Translations under genes and position numbers: made by a program | Part shown: in pieces, positions 16,416-26,432 of the stretch | How the letters are laid out: the number at the start of each line of letters is the position of its first letter | Numbering within the stretch: position 1 is the first letter of the stretch | Notes under the pieces: generated by a model | What the model saw: the letters and a program-made list of their open reading frames with translations, nothing else | Told to the model about the DNA's origin: nothing | Database searches by the model: none | NCBI GenBank assembly: GCA_963833095.1 | Contig: CAWHWQ010000003.1 | Location: 96,001-160,000 of the forward strand | DNA: 64,000 bases | DNA from: Vulcanimicrobiota bacterium | GTDB lineage: Bacteria > Vulcanimicrobiota > Vulcanimicrobiia > Vulcanimicrobiales > Vulcanimicrobiaceae | Direction: 5' to 3'

Positions 16416-18740
16416 ATGGCGCGTTCGAACAGCGCCGATACCCTCCGTATCCGGCGACCGTGGTATTGGCTCGTCGTTCTTGCATTGGCAGCAATTGCCG
16501 CATCGTTGCTGATTGTGGCAAATGCTCGGCTGCAGATGGCGCAAGCGCGCCGCGGATTCGAGGCGGCGCAAGAATTGCGGTTGCAGCGCGTCGAGTTTCG
16601 GATCGATGATTATTTTGGCGAAGCGATTTCGCTGGCCAGCTTTGGGGCCCAATCGCTTGGCGATGCGCGCGGCAACTTACCCCTGACCGAGCGACTGACG
16701 CTTTCGATCTTGCGCTCGCGGCGTAACCCGGGCATCTACGGCGTGGGAATGTTTTACGCGCCCTACGCGTTTGAATCGAACCGACGGTTGGTGAGCGTCT
16801 ACGACCACGTCGGCCGGCCTGCGCTTCCGCCCTACGATAATGTTTTGTCCGACGGCATCGATCAGGTGCTGCGCGAGGTCAATAGCCCGCCGCCCGGTCA
16901 AGACTATACGGTAACCCCTTGGTATCGCAAGGCTGCCGCGCATGACTGGACCGTTTTTTCGGGCCCGTACACGGATGCGGGCCGCAGCTTCATCAGCACG
17001 TTGCGCGCCTTTCGCGCCGGGGGACACCTGATTGGCGTGATGAGCGTCGATACGCTTACGCCGACGTTTATTGCGCTGATGGCGTCGCCGCTAGCCGGCG
17101 GCGACGTCGCCTGGATTGAGTCGAGCCAACACGGTCGACGGCTTCTTGGGACCGGGTCCGTTCCGCCGGGCCCGCGGCTCGAACGGCGAATCCCACTCCG
17201 TTATACGCGCGCGTTTTTGCATATTTCGACCGATGCGGCGCCGCTGGAAGCCGCCAACCGCAGTCAGGTATCTTTAGCTGCGGGTCTTCTCGTCGGCATC
17301 TGGCTTGTTGCCGCGCTCCTCGCTGTCGGCCTCGTGCAGCGCTGGCGCTCGCAAGAGCGCCAAGACCTACTCGAAGGTGAACGGCGCACCCTGGCAGCCC
17401 AGGTCGACCTCGCCAAAACCGTCGAGGCCGAACTGCGCCGCGCCGCGTTTACCGACTCCCTTACCGGCCTTCCGAATCGGGCAGCCTTCATCGAGCACGC
17501 GCGCGCGATCGTTTCGCTTGGCGAGAGCGATGGACATGCCGTCTTCTTCATCGACCTCGACCGGTTCAATATCGTCAATGAGACGCTCGGGCACCTCGCC
17601 GGCGACGACCTCCTGCGCGCGATCGGCGCGCGCTTGCAAGCCCTGGTGGAGCCGACGGATTTAGTCGCGCGCCTCGGCGGCGACGAGTTTGTCGTTGTCG
17701 CAAAAGTCGAGTCGGGAGCGTTCGACGAAGCCGCTGCTCTGTTGCTCGTGCACTTAGGGGAGCCGATCGTTGTCGCCGGGCGCACGATTTATCCCGAGGC
17801 ATCCATCGGTGTCGTCGCTGTCGACGAATCGTATACGACCCCCGCTGAATTGCTTCGCGACGCGGACATCGCGATGTACGAGGCCAAACATCGCGGGCGC
17901 GCGCAGTTTGCGATTTTCGATTCGGCGATGCGTCGCCGAATCGCTGACGATTCCCAGCTCGAGGACGATTTGCGCCGAGCCATCGAACGCGGCGAGCTTG
18001 TCCCGTATTATCAGCCGATCGTGAGCCTTGGCACCCGCCGGATCGTATCGTTTGAAGCGCTTGCGCGCTGGCATCGGTCCGATGGATCGGTCACGCCGGC
18101 TTCGGAGTTCATGCATTTTGCCGAGCAGCACGGCTTCATCGAAACGATCGATGCGCTGATGTTTCGCGCCGTTTGCGCCCACTCCCAAGCGATCTTCGCA
18201 GCCTTTCCCTCCGCGCAGATTTCAGTCAACATTTCAGCCGCGGAGCTTGCGACATCCGGGTTGTGCGAAACGATCGAGACGCTGATTCGTCAGCATGACG
18301 TTTCGCCAGGCCGGATCAAGTTTGAAATCACGGAAACGGCGATGATGACGAGCTCAGACGGCGCGAGACGCGCCCTCGAACGCTTGCGCGATCTTGGAAT
18401 CGAGTTCGTGCTCGATGATTTCGGTACGGGGTATTCATCGCTTGCCTATCTGCAAACGCTCCCGATTGCCGGTATCAAGATCGACCGGTCGTTCGTCGAG
18501 CCCCTGTTGACCGATCTTAAGGCGGTCGAGATCGTACGCAGCATCGTCGTGCTGTCTCGCTCGTTCGGCCTCACGACGATTGCCGAAGGCGTCGAAAGCT
18601 TCGAACATTTTGAATTGCTCGCGAGCCTCGGTGTCGATCACGCGCAGGGCTTCTTTTTCTCGCCGGCCGTCGAGATCTCGTCGCTCGTGCGGCTCTTGGA
18701 CCAGCCGATTTCCGATTCGCCGCAGGCTGCCGTAGAATGA
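16416..18740 (+). CDS. Membrane sensor diguanylate cyclase/phosphodiesterase (Cache-like, GGDEF and EAL domains)
   Basis: Two TMs around a periplasmic domain (PWYRKA..FSGPYTD); DSLTGLPNR, RLGGDEF, FEALARW, DDFGTGYSSL, IKIDRSFV, AEGVE. Confidence 0.92.
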   Translation: MARSNSADTLRIRRPWYWLVVLALAAIAASLLIVANARLQMAQARRGFEAAQELRLQRVEFRIDDYFGEAISLASFGAQSLGDARGNLPLTERLTLSILRSRRNPGIYGVGMFYAPYAFESNRRLVSVYDHVGRPALPPYDNVLSDGIDQVLREVNSPPPGQDYTVTPWYRKAAAHDWTVFSGPYTDAGRSFISTLRAFRAGGHLIGVMSVDTLTPTFIALMASPLAGGDVAWIESSQHGRRLLGTGSVPPGPRLERRIPLRYTRAFLHISTDAAPLEAANRSQVSLAAGLLVGIWLVAALLAVGLVQRWRSQERQDLLEGERRTLAAQVDLAKTVEAELRRAAFTDSLTGLPNRAAFIEHARAIVSLGESDGHAVFFIDLDRFNIVNETLGHLAGDDLLRAIGARLQALVEPTDLVARLGGDEFVVVAKVESGAFDEAAALLLVHLGEPIVVAGRTIYPEASIGVVAVDESYTTPAELLRDADIAMYEAKHRGRAQFAIFDSAMRRRIADDSQLEDDLRRAIERGELVPYYQPIVSLGTRRIVSFEALARWHRSDGSVTPASEFMHFAEQHGFIETIDALMFRAVCAHSQAIFAAFPSAQISVNISAAELATSGLCETIETLIRQHDVSPGRIKFEITETAMMTSSDGARRALERLRDLGIEFVLDDFGTGYSSLAYLQTLPIAGIKIDRSFVEPLLTDLKAVEIVRSIVVLSRSFGLTTIAEGVESFEHFELLASLGVDHAQGFFFSPAVEISSLVRLLDQPISDSPQAAVE

Positions 18741-18744
18741 TCGT

Positions 18745-19674
18745 GTGAGTTCATACATCCCCGCAGACCCCGCCATCGCGGAATTCGCAGCGTACCTGCG
18801 CCTCGAGCGCGGGCAGTCGCCTCGCACCTCTGAGGAATACGCGCGCGACGTCGAGCTTTTCGCGCAGTTTCTCGAGCCCGGACACGGCAAGGAAGCGCCG
18901 TTCACCAAACTCGCCGAGACAACCGTCTCGGACGTGCGCCGTTTCGTGATGGAACTCATGGGTCCGCGCAAATACTCCGCCAGTTCGGTGCGGCGCAAGA
19001 TCGCCGCGCTACGCTCCTACTTCTCGCTGCAAAAGCGCGAAGGGCGTCGGGCCGACAATCCCGCGCAGGACGTTCCGCCGCCGAAAGCCGCAAAACGCTT
19101 GCCTCACGTGATGAGCGAGCGGGAGGTCGGCAAGCTGTTACGCACACGCGTTGCCGGCAAAACCGAGTTCGCGCGTCTACGCGACCTGGCGATGATGGAG
19201 TTGCTTTATGCTAGCGGAATCCGTCGAGCGGAGCTCGTCGGACTCAACATCAGCGACGTCGATTTGGACCGGCGCTTGATGCGCGTGATCGGCAAAGGCA
19301 ACAAGCAACGTACGGTCTTTATCAATCAAGCTTCGGCCGATGCGATCCGCAACTATCTCGGGGTACGCTTGCGAACGCCGGATGAAGCGCTGTTCATTTC
19401 CCGGCGCAAGACGCGAATGTCACACCGGCAGGCTTGGGTGATCTTTCGGCAGTTTGCAGAACTCGCGGGGCTCACCCAGCATGTGACGCCGCATGTGATG
19501 CGTCATTCCTTCGCAACCCATCTTCTCGAAAACGGCGCGGACCTCATGACGATCAAAGAACTGCTCGGGCATGAGAGTCTTTCGACGACGCAGATCTACA
19601 CTAACGTCTCGCTTGAGCACATGCGACGCAGCTATGAGGAGGCGCATCCGCGCGACCGCAGCGAAGAACGCTAA
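18745..19674 (+). CDS. xerC: XerC/XerD-type tyrosine recombinase
   Basis: ELLYASGIRRAEL, GKGNKQR, TPHVMRHSFATHLLENGADL, LLGHESLSTTQIYT; XerC versus XerD cannot be resolved by eye. Confidence 0.8.
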   Translation: MSSYIPADPAIAEFAAYLRLERGQSPRTSEEYARDVELFAQFLEPGHGKEAPFTKLAETTVSDVRRFVMELMGPRKYSASSVRRKIAALRSYFSLQKREGRRADNPAQDVPPPKAAKRLPHVMSEREVGKLLRTRVAGKTEFARLRDLAMMELLYASGIRRAELVGLNISDVDLDRRLMRVIGKGNKQRTVFINQASADAIRNYLGVRLRTPDEALFISRRKTRMSHRQAWVIFRQFAELAGLTQHVTPHVMRHSFATHLLENGADLMTIKELLGHESLSTTQIYTNVSLEHMRRSYEEAHPRDRSEER

Positions 19675-19675
19675 C

Positions 19676-20392
19676 GTGAAACGCTACGCTTCCTTCCTCG
19701 TTCTGGCTTTTGTCGCATGTTCAGCGGCGCCAACGCCGTATGCAACGATCGTCGGCGCGCTCAAACCCGGCTCAGTCATGACGGTCAACGTCGAAAGCGG
19801 CGTGGTCAACGCCTTTAAGCCGGCTCAAGGCGACCCGTCGGATCGTTACACGATTGCCCCGACGGCGACGGCCGGCGCGACCCCGCCCCCGCCGCCAATG
19901 ATCCACCCCAGCGGATCGGGTATCACGGTGGATGCCACCGGCGCGCTTGCAAATCTCCTCGTGCGCGTACCACAAGGCGTCGATCTCGTGGTGCACTCGA
20001 AAAGCGGCAACGTGAACGTGACTGACATCAGCGGAAATGTCAACGTACAAGCTGCGAACGGCGACGTGAAGATCATGGTCACCGGTCGCGCCGCGGCGAG
20101 CACGACCAACGGTTCTATCGATGCGACGATGGGAGCGACGTCGTGGCCCGGTACCTTGCACTTCTCGGCGCAAAACGGCGACGTCACCGTCTACGTTCCC
20201 GATACCGCGGCGTTCCACGCGCGCCTGCACACGGACGACGGAACGCTCTTTACCGATTTTAACCTGCGCGGAACTTCACGAGGAAACAACGAGACCATCG
20301 ACGCTCCGGTGCATAACGGGAGTGCGTTCGGTGTGGATCTTGAAAGTAAGCGCGGCACCGTCCGTCTCTTGCGCCTCACTCCTCAGGCGTAA
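19676..20392 (+). CDS. DUF4097-type beta-strand-repeat lipoprotein
   Basis: Lipobox LAFVAC; repeats SKSGNVNV, AANGDVKI, TTNGSIDA, AQNGDVTV. Confidence 0.75.
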   Translation: MKRYASFLVLAFVACSAAPTPYATIVGALKPGSVMTVNVESGVVNAFKPAQGDPSDRYTIAPTATAGATPPPPPMIHPSGSGITVDATGALANLLVRVPQGVDLVVHSKSGNVNVTDISGNVNVQAANGDVKIMVTGRAAASTTNGSIDATMGATSWPGTLHFSAQNGDVTVYVPDTAAFHARLHTDDGTLFTDFNLRGTSRGNNETIDAPVHNGSAFGVDLESKRGTVRLLRLTPQA

Positions 20393-21782
20393 ATGGATCC
20401 TTGGCCAGAACGGCTCCGGGGTTCATCATGTCGCTTGGGTCGATTGCGCGCTTCACGGCGCGCATGAGCGCCATCTCTGTGGTGCTGCGATGTTCGTGCA
20501 GTTCGGCTGCGCGATAACGTCCGATGCCGTGCTCGGCTGTGATGCTTCCCGCGAACTCGCGGACGATCGCGTGCACGGTGCGATTGATCTCGCCTGGAGA
20601 ATGCTGCTCGCCCAGCAGCACGTTGAAATGAATGTTGCCGTCCCCCACGTGTCCGAAGGCGAGCACCCGCGCTCCGGGATGTTTTTGCTCGACCTCGCGC
20701 GTTGACCGTTCGAGAAATGCGGGGATTGCGGAAATCGGAACAGAGACGTCATGCTTGGCGCTACGGCCCGCCCGGCGTTCGTTCTCGGTGATCGTCTCGC
20801 GCCAACTCCACAGGGCGTCCGCTTGAGAGCTGCTCTCGGCCAACACGCAATCGACGGCATGACCGCGATCCATGGCAAGCGCCAGCGCCACCTCCGCGCC
20901 CTCGCGTAAGCCGGGCAAGGATGATGCGGCCTCGACGAGCAGGTACCATGGCTGTGCGGCGACCGGCCGGACGAGTTGCGGTTCGTGTGCCAGTCGTAAC
21001 TCGACTGCGCGATCGCTGAAGAGTTCACATCCAACCAGCGCTTCACCAAGGGCCTCTTGCACGTCGCCAAAAGCCGCTACGGCATCGTGCGCGCTGCGGA
21101 TTGCCAGCAATGCGGTCGCCCGGTGGGCCGGACGCGCGAAGAGTCGCAGTACCGCACCGGTCACGATGCCGAGCGTTCCCTCGCTGCCGATAAAGAGCTG
21201 CTTCCAATCGTAGCCGGCGTTATCTTTGCGCAGCGCGCGCATGCCCTCGGCGATCGCACCGTCCGGTAGAACGACTTCAAGACCGAGCACGAAAGCGCGC
21301 ATGGATCCGTATCGCAACACGGCGGTCCCGCCGGCATTGGTGGAAATCAAACCACCGATCTGCGCGGTGCCTTCGGCCGCGAGCGAGAGCGGAAAGAATC
21401 GCGCGGCCGCGTCGGCCGCAGCCTGCACGTCGGCAAGCACGCAGCCCGCGTCAACGGCAATAGTAAAGCCGGGCGCGTCGAGCGCTCGAATGCGGCGCAT
21501 GCGCGAAAGACTCAGGACGATCGCCGGCTCGAGACCGATCGGCGTTGCTCCGGCGGCAAGGCCCGTATTGCCGCCTTGGGGGACGATGGCTACGCCGGCG
21601 TCAGCGCATGCGCGCACGCATTGCGCCACACCCTGCGTTGTATCCGGGCGCGCAACGGCGAGCGCCGTGCCCGAAAATACACCGCGCCAGTCGGTAACGA
21701 ATGGTGCAACATCTGCGCTGTCGACAAGCAGCCCGCCCGGGCCGCAGACGTCCGCGAGCCGAGCGAGGAGCGAATCGCTCAC
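20376..21782 (-). CDS. FAD-binding oxidoreductase (D-2-hydroxyacid dehydrogenase/GlcD family)
   Basis: PQGGNTGL, STNAGG, LRKDNAGYD, GSEGTLGIVT, FGHVGDGNIHFN, SITAEHGIG, MNPG. Confidence 0.9.
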   Translation of the reverse strand: MSDSLLARLADVCGPGGLLVDSADVAPFVTDWRGVFSGTALAVARPDTTQGVAQCVRACADAGVAIVPQGGNTGLAAGATPIGLEPAIVLSLSRMRRIRALDAPGFTIAVDAGCVLADVQAAADAAARFFPLSLAAEGTAQIGGLISTNAGGTAVLRYGSMRAFVLGLEVVLPDGAIAEGMRALRKDNAGYDWKQLFIGSEGTLGIVTGAVLRLFARPAHRATALLAIRSAHDAVAAFGDVQEALGEALVGCELFSDRAVELRLAHEPQLVRPVAAQPWYLLVEAASSLPGLREGAEVALALAMDRGHAVDCVLAESSSQADALWSWRETITENERRAGRSAKHDVSVPISAIPAFLERSTREVEQKHPGARVLAFGHVGDGNIHFNVLLGEQHSPGEINRTVHAIVREFAGSITAEHGIGRYRAAELHEHRSTTEMALMRAVKRAIDPSDMMNPGAVLAKDPFTPEE

Positions 21783-22711
21783 GCGTCAGACCGAGCGCGC
21801 TGAGTTTCCTTTGCCTTGACCAGGCGTACCATCGCATCGTTGTAGGGCGTTGCCACGCCGGTACGCCGTCCGAACGCGACCACGGCGCCGTTAATGTGAT
21901 CGATCTCGCTTGGATGCCCGGACTCGAGGTCAAACGCCATCGAGCTCTTCGAATCGGCGCCAACCTCGATTACTTGCGTGACGTACTGCCAAGGATTGAC
22001 GAACGGCAGATTGATCTTCAGCGCCGCGGCAACCGCGGCCGCTTCTTCGGCCAGCGATTCAGCCAAATGCGCCGCGTTAGGGTTTTTTGCAATCTCACCG
22101 GTGTCGCAATCCAACAGCGCCGAGATTGCGTTGATCGCTGCGTTGGCTACCAACTTGCCCCATAAATGCGGACGTATATCATAGACGACCGAGGCGCGCA
22201 GGCCCGAGCGCGTCAGCACATCGGCGATCGCGCGGGACGTTGCCGGAGCCGCTGAGGCCGAGCCGATGAGGGTTGTTCCGGTCACCGAGCTGCGCGCGCA
22301 GCCGGGCCCGACGGTGATTGACGACTCGGTGGTCACACCGAGCACCACAGGAACGGCTCCCCCCAGCGCGGTCTTGATCGCATCCTCGTTGCCGACTCCG
22401 TTTTGCAGCGAGATCACCGGCGTCGCGGGATTCAACTCACCGGCGAACGGTCGCAATGCGCGCAATGTGTCGACGGCTTTGACGAACAAAAAGAGCATCT
22501 GCGATCCGAAGAGTTCGCGCGCATTGCTTGCGACGTGGACGCGACGCGGCGTCTCCTCGTTGAGTTGCAGGCCGCGCTGGGCGATTGTATCGCTGGTTTG
22601 CGCGTTCGCTTCCAGCACGGTGACGTCGGCGTTCTGCGCCAAATGGTAACCGAAGAGGGTGCCCATCGAACCAGCCCCGATAATGCCGATCTTGAGTTGT
22701 TCGCTGCTCAC
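21779..22711 (-). CDS. panE: 2-dehydropantoate 2-reductase
   Basis: IIGAGSMG, VKA, SLQNGVG, LWGKLVANAAIN, SSMAFD, EIDHING. Confidence 0.9.
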   Translation of the reverse strand: MSSEQLKIGIIGAGSMGTLFGYHLAQNADVTVLEANAQTSDTIAQRGLQLNEETPRRVHVASNARELFGSQMLFLFVKAVDTLRALRPFAGELNPATPVISLQNGVGNEDAIKTALGGAVPVVLGVTTESSITVGPGCARSSVTGTTLIGSASAAPATSRAIADVLTRSGLRASVVYDIRPHLWGKLVANAAINAISALLDCDTGEIAKNPNAAHLAESLAEEAAAVAAALKINLPFVNPWQYVTQVIEVGADSKSSMAFDLESGHPSEIDHINGAVVAFGRRTGVATPYNDAMVRLVKAKETQRARSDA

Positions 22712-22721
22712 CGAGTCACCA

Positions 22722-24329
22722 CTACGGGATCTTGGTTTGGAAGCCGTAGGTAAAACGACGCTCAGCATGATTGAGCGCGCGCTCGCCGATGAAGAGATCC
22801 CAGTGCTTGGCAATGTGGAAATTACCGTACACGTCGATGTCGGGCCGTTGCGGATTGTAGATCTTGGTATCAAAGCCGAATACGCCGTCATTGTACGCGC
22901 CCAGGAAGCCGAGTTGCGAATACAATACGCCGCCCCCGATACGGACGTTGGGCGAGAGCTTTTGAATCAGCGCCACGTTAGCCGTCGTGTGATAGCCGAT
23001 ATCGTTTGCGCCTACTAGCAAGCTGGTCCCATTATTGGGAAGGATCACCGCATTGAGATCGCTTTGCGGTCCACGATCGGCGCTGTAGAGCGGATTCGGA
23101 CAGCAGACGGTCTGCGTGGAGAGCTCGCTCATCCGCAGCTGAATCGAGATCAGGTTGCTCGCGATGTCGGCCAGCCGGTGCTGCAAGTGCAGCGACTTCG
23201 CCGTCGGCGTTGCCCGCGTCGGAGTGGACGACGATGACGACGCGTCAATCTGCGAGAGCGAGGGAAGCGGGGCCGAGGAACCGCCGGCGGAAAACGGCGC
23301 CGACGATCCGGCCGGTACGGGAGCTGTCGCCGCGGGATACGGCGTCGCATTCGCGTCTACACCGTAGACGCTGCTCGTGCCACCGAATTGGGCTAAGAGA
23401 GAATTGGCTCGCTGCATCGTCGCGTCGAGGTTGGCGATCGTGTTCTTGAGCTGCGCTTGCGTTTGCGGATCGCCGGTAACGTTGCGCAGGTCGTGAGTGA
23501 TGCCGGCGATGTTGGCGGTAGTGTCGGCGATGTTTTTGGTCGTCGCCAGCACGTTACCCCGCAAGTCTTTGTCGGTCGCAATCGACTCCAGCGAAGCCAT
23601 CGATTGGTTGAGCGCCTTCGAAGTCTGATCGAAGTTGGTCACGATGTCGCTGATTTTCCTAGAGTTGAGCTGCGTCGTGTCGTTCAACGTACCAGTGAGC
23701 GCGACTAAATTCTGGCTCGCCTGCGCGAGGCTGGACTGCAGCTGGCTCGTGAGCGAACCAATGGAGTTTTTCATCGAGAGCGTGAGTTCGTTGGCGTTGG
23801 TAAGCGTCGATTGCAATGTGTCAAGCAGCTTGGGCTCACGCTTCTCGAGCTGGCTGAGCATTGCGTCGAGCTTGACGACTTCGCCTTGGCCCTGTTCGAG
23901 TAGATCTGCGATGGTCGCCGTATTGGTGCCCTGCGGCTGCTGCTCGATCGGCAGAACCTCGCGCGCGAGCATCGGCAAGGGCGGCGCGCCCGGCACGGGG
24001 CGCGGGGGGACGATGATGAGGTTGGGATCCCCGGTCAAGGGCGCCTGAATCAAAAAGCGCGATGCCTGCGGAATGTCCACGTCGCGATTGACCGCCAGAA
24101 TCACGTCCACGGTGTTGTCGGGCAACAGCGTGATCGTATCGACCGTGCCCACCGTCACACCGCTGAAGTAGACAAGTGCTCCCGAGTGCAAACCGGCAGC
24201 CGAGACAAAGTGGATCCCAACCCGATACCCCGTGTGCCTCGTACCGAAGTCAGTAATCACATAGAACACGCCAAAAAGTAGCAGCAACGCGAGCAACGCG
24301 AAGGCTCCGACCTGTGCCTGTCTACTCAT
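22722..24329 (-). CDS. mlaD: MCE/MlaD protein with long helical region and C-terminal beta-rich domain
   Basis: N-terminal TM, AAGLHSGALVYFSGVTVGTV MCE motif, heptad-like middle region, aromatic alternating C-terminal strands. Confidence 0.85.
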   Translation of the reverse strand: MSRQAQVGAFALLALLLLFGVFYVITDFGTRHTGYRVGIHFVSAAGLHSGALVYFSGVTVGTVDTITLLPDNTVDVILAVNRDVDIPQASRFLIQAPLTGDPNLIIVPPRPVPGAPPLPMLAREVLPIEQQPQGTNTATIADLLEQGQGEVVKLDAMLSQLEKREPKLLDTLQSTLTNANELTLSMKNSIGSLTSQLQSSLAQASQNLVALTGTLNDTTQLNSRKISDIVTNFDQTSKALNQSMASLESIATDKDLRGNVLATTKNIADTTANIAGITHDLRNVTGDPQTQAQLKNTIANLDATMQRANSLLAQFGGTSSVYGVDANATPYPAATAPVPAGSSAPFSAGGSSAPLPSLSQIDASSSSSTPTRATPTAKSLHLQHRLADIASNLISIQLRMSELSTQTVCCPNPLYSADRGPQSDLNAVILPNNGTSLLVGANDIGYHTTANVALIQKLSPNVRIGGGVLYSQLGFLGAYNDGVFGFDTKIYNPQRPDIDVYGNFHIAKHWDLFIGERALNHAERRFTYGFQTKIP

Positions 24330-24564
24330 CGAACCCCATCAACCCCATCTTTTTCATTTCTATCCGAGAGCCTTTGACGTGAGGGGCTGGGTGGGTCGTG
24401 CGGAGGGGCTACGTACGCACGACGTAGTCCCGATGGACCTGGGCGACGAGGTAACGTCATTTAGGCGCGCCCTTGGGGAATCAAATACTTGTCGCAATCG
24501 TGTGCGCGCCATAGTTCGGGGCTCCACGACGTGGGGGCGCGGAGCCCAAGGCGAAGCGCCTTTT
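24330..24564. other. Highly structured intergenic element between mlaF and mlaD
   Basis: Stems 24405-24414/24422-24431, 24395-24402/24416-24423, 24464-24470/24504-24510, 24519-24525/24541-24547 and an AAGGCG/CGCCTT hairpin. Confidence 0.5.
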
Positions 24565-25320
24565 TCATATGGGTATCGGCCCAACTTCGCTGCCCGCGAT
24601 AAACTGCTGGACGATGGGGTTTGGCGAGCGTTGTATTTCGTCGACCGTGCCATACGCGATGACCGCGCCTTCGAAGAGCATCGCCACGTAGTCGGACATC
24701 GCGTAGATCGATTGCAGATCGTGCGAGATGACGACGGCGGTCCCGTTGAGCTTCTGGCGCAAACGGATGATCGTGTCGGTGATGAGGTGCGTAACGATTG
24801 GATCGAGGCCGGTCGTCGGCTCGTCGTAGAGAATGAGATCCGGGCGCGTCACGATCGCGCGCGCGAAGCCGGCGCGCTTGATCATACCGCCCGAAAGTTC
24901 GCTTGGCATGCTGTCATAGGTGTGTCCAAGCCCGACCGAGTCGAGCGCGTCTTCGACCGTTTTAACGATTTTCGCATCACTCTCGTTCGTGTTCTCACGC
25001 AACGGCAGTGCCACGTTTTCTCCGACGGTCAGGCTGTCGAGCAGCGCTGCGAATTGAAACGACATGCTGATCGAGCGCCGGATGTCGTTGAGCTGGTTCT
25101 CGGGCATATGGCAGATGTCACGGTTGCGGACGTAGACATGCCCGGCATTTGGTTTGCTCAAGCCGTCGAGCAAGCGCAAAATCGTGGACTTCCCTGCGCC
25201 CGAGAGCCCGATGATGCACGTGATGGCGCCTTCGACGATATCGAGGCTGCAGTTCTTGAGGATGACGCGGTCGCCGTAGGCGAGCGTGACGTCTTCCAGT
25301 CGCGCAATGATTTCCGGCAT
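24565..25320 (-). CDS. mlaF: ABC transporter ATP-binding protein (MlaF/Mkl)
   Basis: GLSGAGKS, FQFAALLDSLTVGENV, ELSGGM, YDEPTTGLDP, SHD. Confidence 0.92.
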   Translation of the reverse strand: MPEIIARLEDVTLAYGDRVILKNCSLDIVEGAITCIIGLSGAGKSTILRLLDGLSKPNAGHVYVRNRDICHMPENQLNDIRRSISMSFQFAALLDSLTVGENVALPLRENTNESDAKIVKTVEDALDSVGLGHTYDSMPSELSGGMIKRAGFARAIVTRPDLILYDEPTTGLDPIVTHLITDTIIRLRQKLNGTAVVISHDLQSIYAMSDYVAMLFEGAVIAYGTVDEIQRSPNPIVQQFIAGSEVGPIPI

Positions 25321-25323
25321 CGC

Positions 25324-26100
25324 TCAGTGGGCACCGAAGAGGATAAACGAGAGAACGAAATTGGAGACGAAGATCAGGATGATCGAAATGACGACCGCTC
25401 CGGTCGTCGCCGCCCCCACGCCGGCGGCCCCGCCGCGCGTCGAGAGGCCCTGATACGCACCGACCAGTGCGATGATCGCTGCGAAGACGAGCGACTTGAT
25501 CAAGCCCTTGACGACGTCCTCGAAGCCGACCGTTTGGCGCGCTGAGGTGAGAAACGTGTCGAACGAAATGTGGGCGTAGGTTTGCGCAATCCACATTCCG
25601 CCGCCGATCGAAACGACGTCGGCGAAAATCGTGAGGAGCGGCAACATCACCAGCATTGCCAGGAGCCGCGGCAGCACGAGAAAGCGGGGAACCTCTAAAC
25701 CCATCGAGGTTAGCGCGTCGATCTGTTCGGTAACGACCATTGATCCCAGTTCGGCGGCAATTGCCGCCCCTGCGCGTCCGGCCACAACGACGGCAGTGAG
25801 CATGGGGCCAAGCTCACGCACCGAGCTGTATGCAACCGCGCCGCCGACGACGCTGCCGAAGCCGTACTGCACCGCCTGGACCGCGGACTCGAGTGAGATC
25901 ACCATGCCGGTGAAGAGCGACGTTAAAAGGACGATCGAAAGCGATTGAAAGCCCAGAAAATAGCACTGGTTGATGGTTTCGATGAACCGGATTCGCAGCC
26001 GAGCGAAAAATCCAAGCGAATCGGTCGCTAGGATCACGATCCCGCCGGCGTATTCGAAGAACTCGATTGTCGCTCGTCCGAAGCGATCGAGCACCTTCAT
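25324..26100 (-). CDS. mlaE: ABC transporter permease MlaE
   Basis: RELGPMLTAVVVAGRAGAAIAAELGSMVVTEQIDAL, GGAAGVGAATT. Confidence 0.92.
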   Translation of the reverse strand: MKVLDRFGRATIEFFEYAGGIVILATDSLGFFARLRIRFIETINQCYFLGFQSLSIVLLTSLFTGMVISLESAVQAVQYGFGSVVGGAVAYSSVRELGPMLTAVVVAGRAGAAIAAELGSMVVTEQIDALTSMGLEVPRFLVLPRLLAMLVMLPLLTIFADVVSIGGGMWIAQTYAHISFDTFLTSARQTVGFEDVVKGLIKSLVFAAIIALVGAYQGLSTRGGAAGVGAATTGAVVISIILIFVSNFVLSFILFGAH

Positions 26101-26432
26101 GCCAGGGGTCCAATGGCATCGAGTTCGTGCATCACCGCTTGGGTCGCTTCGATGCGCTTGACGGCGACGCCGCGCTCCGCGGTCAAATTGAACTGCACCT
26201 GGTTGAGGTGCTCGAGGCGACGGTCAACGTCGCGAAGATGGCCACGTGCCTCGTGCTCGAAGCCCGTAAAATAGCGCCGCACGGCCGCGAGATATTCGTC
26301 CAGCGCGCGGGCGTCGAGCCGGCCGGCCGCAAGCGCCTGCTGGGCCGCTTCTTGCGCCTTGCGCATTGCGCGATCGGTAATGTGGAACGCGCCGACGTGT
26401 GCGACCAGCGCGCTCACGCGTTCATCACTCAC
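26097..26432 (-). CDS. Hypothetical helical/coiled-coil protein
   Basis: 111 aa with 4-bp overlaps to both rph and mlaE. Confidence 0.65.
   Translation of the reverse strand: MSDERVSALVAHVGAFHITDRAMRKAQEAAQQALAAGRLDARALDEYLAAVRRYFTGFEHEARGHLRDVDRRLEHLNQVQFNLTAERGVAVKRIEATQAVMHELDAIGPLA

Noticed and set aside
18745..19674. Tyrosine recombinase as an integrase or pilus phase-variation invertase
   Set aside because: The sequence is XerC/D-like with the housekeeping HSFATHLLENGADL motif. I saw no att sites, tRNA, cargo or inverted repeats around the pilin promoters, and no dif-like site.
19000..21800. Switch from mostly plus-strand to mostly minus-strand genes as a replication terminus
   Set aside because: It is explained by a few operons, GC skew cannot be computed by eye, and no dif site was found.
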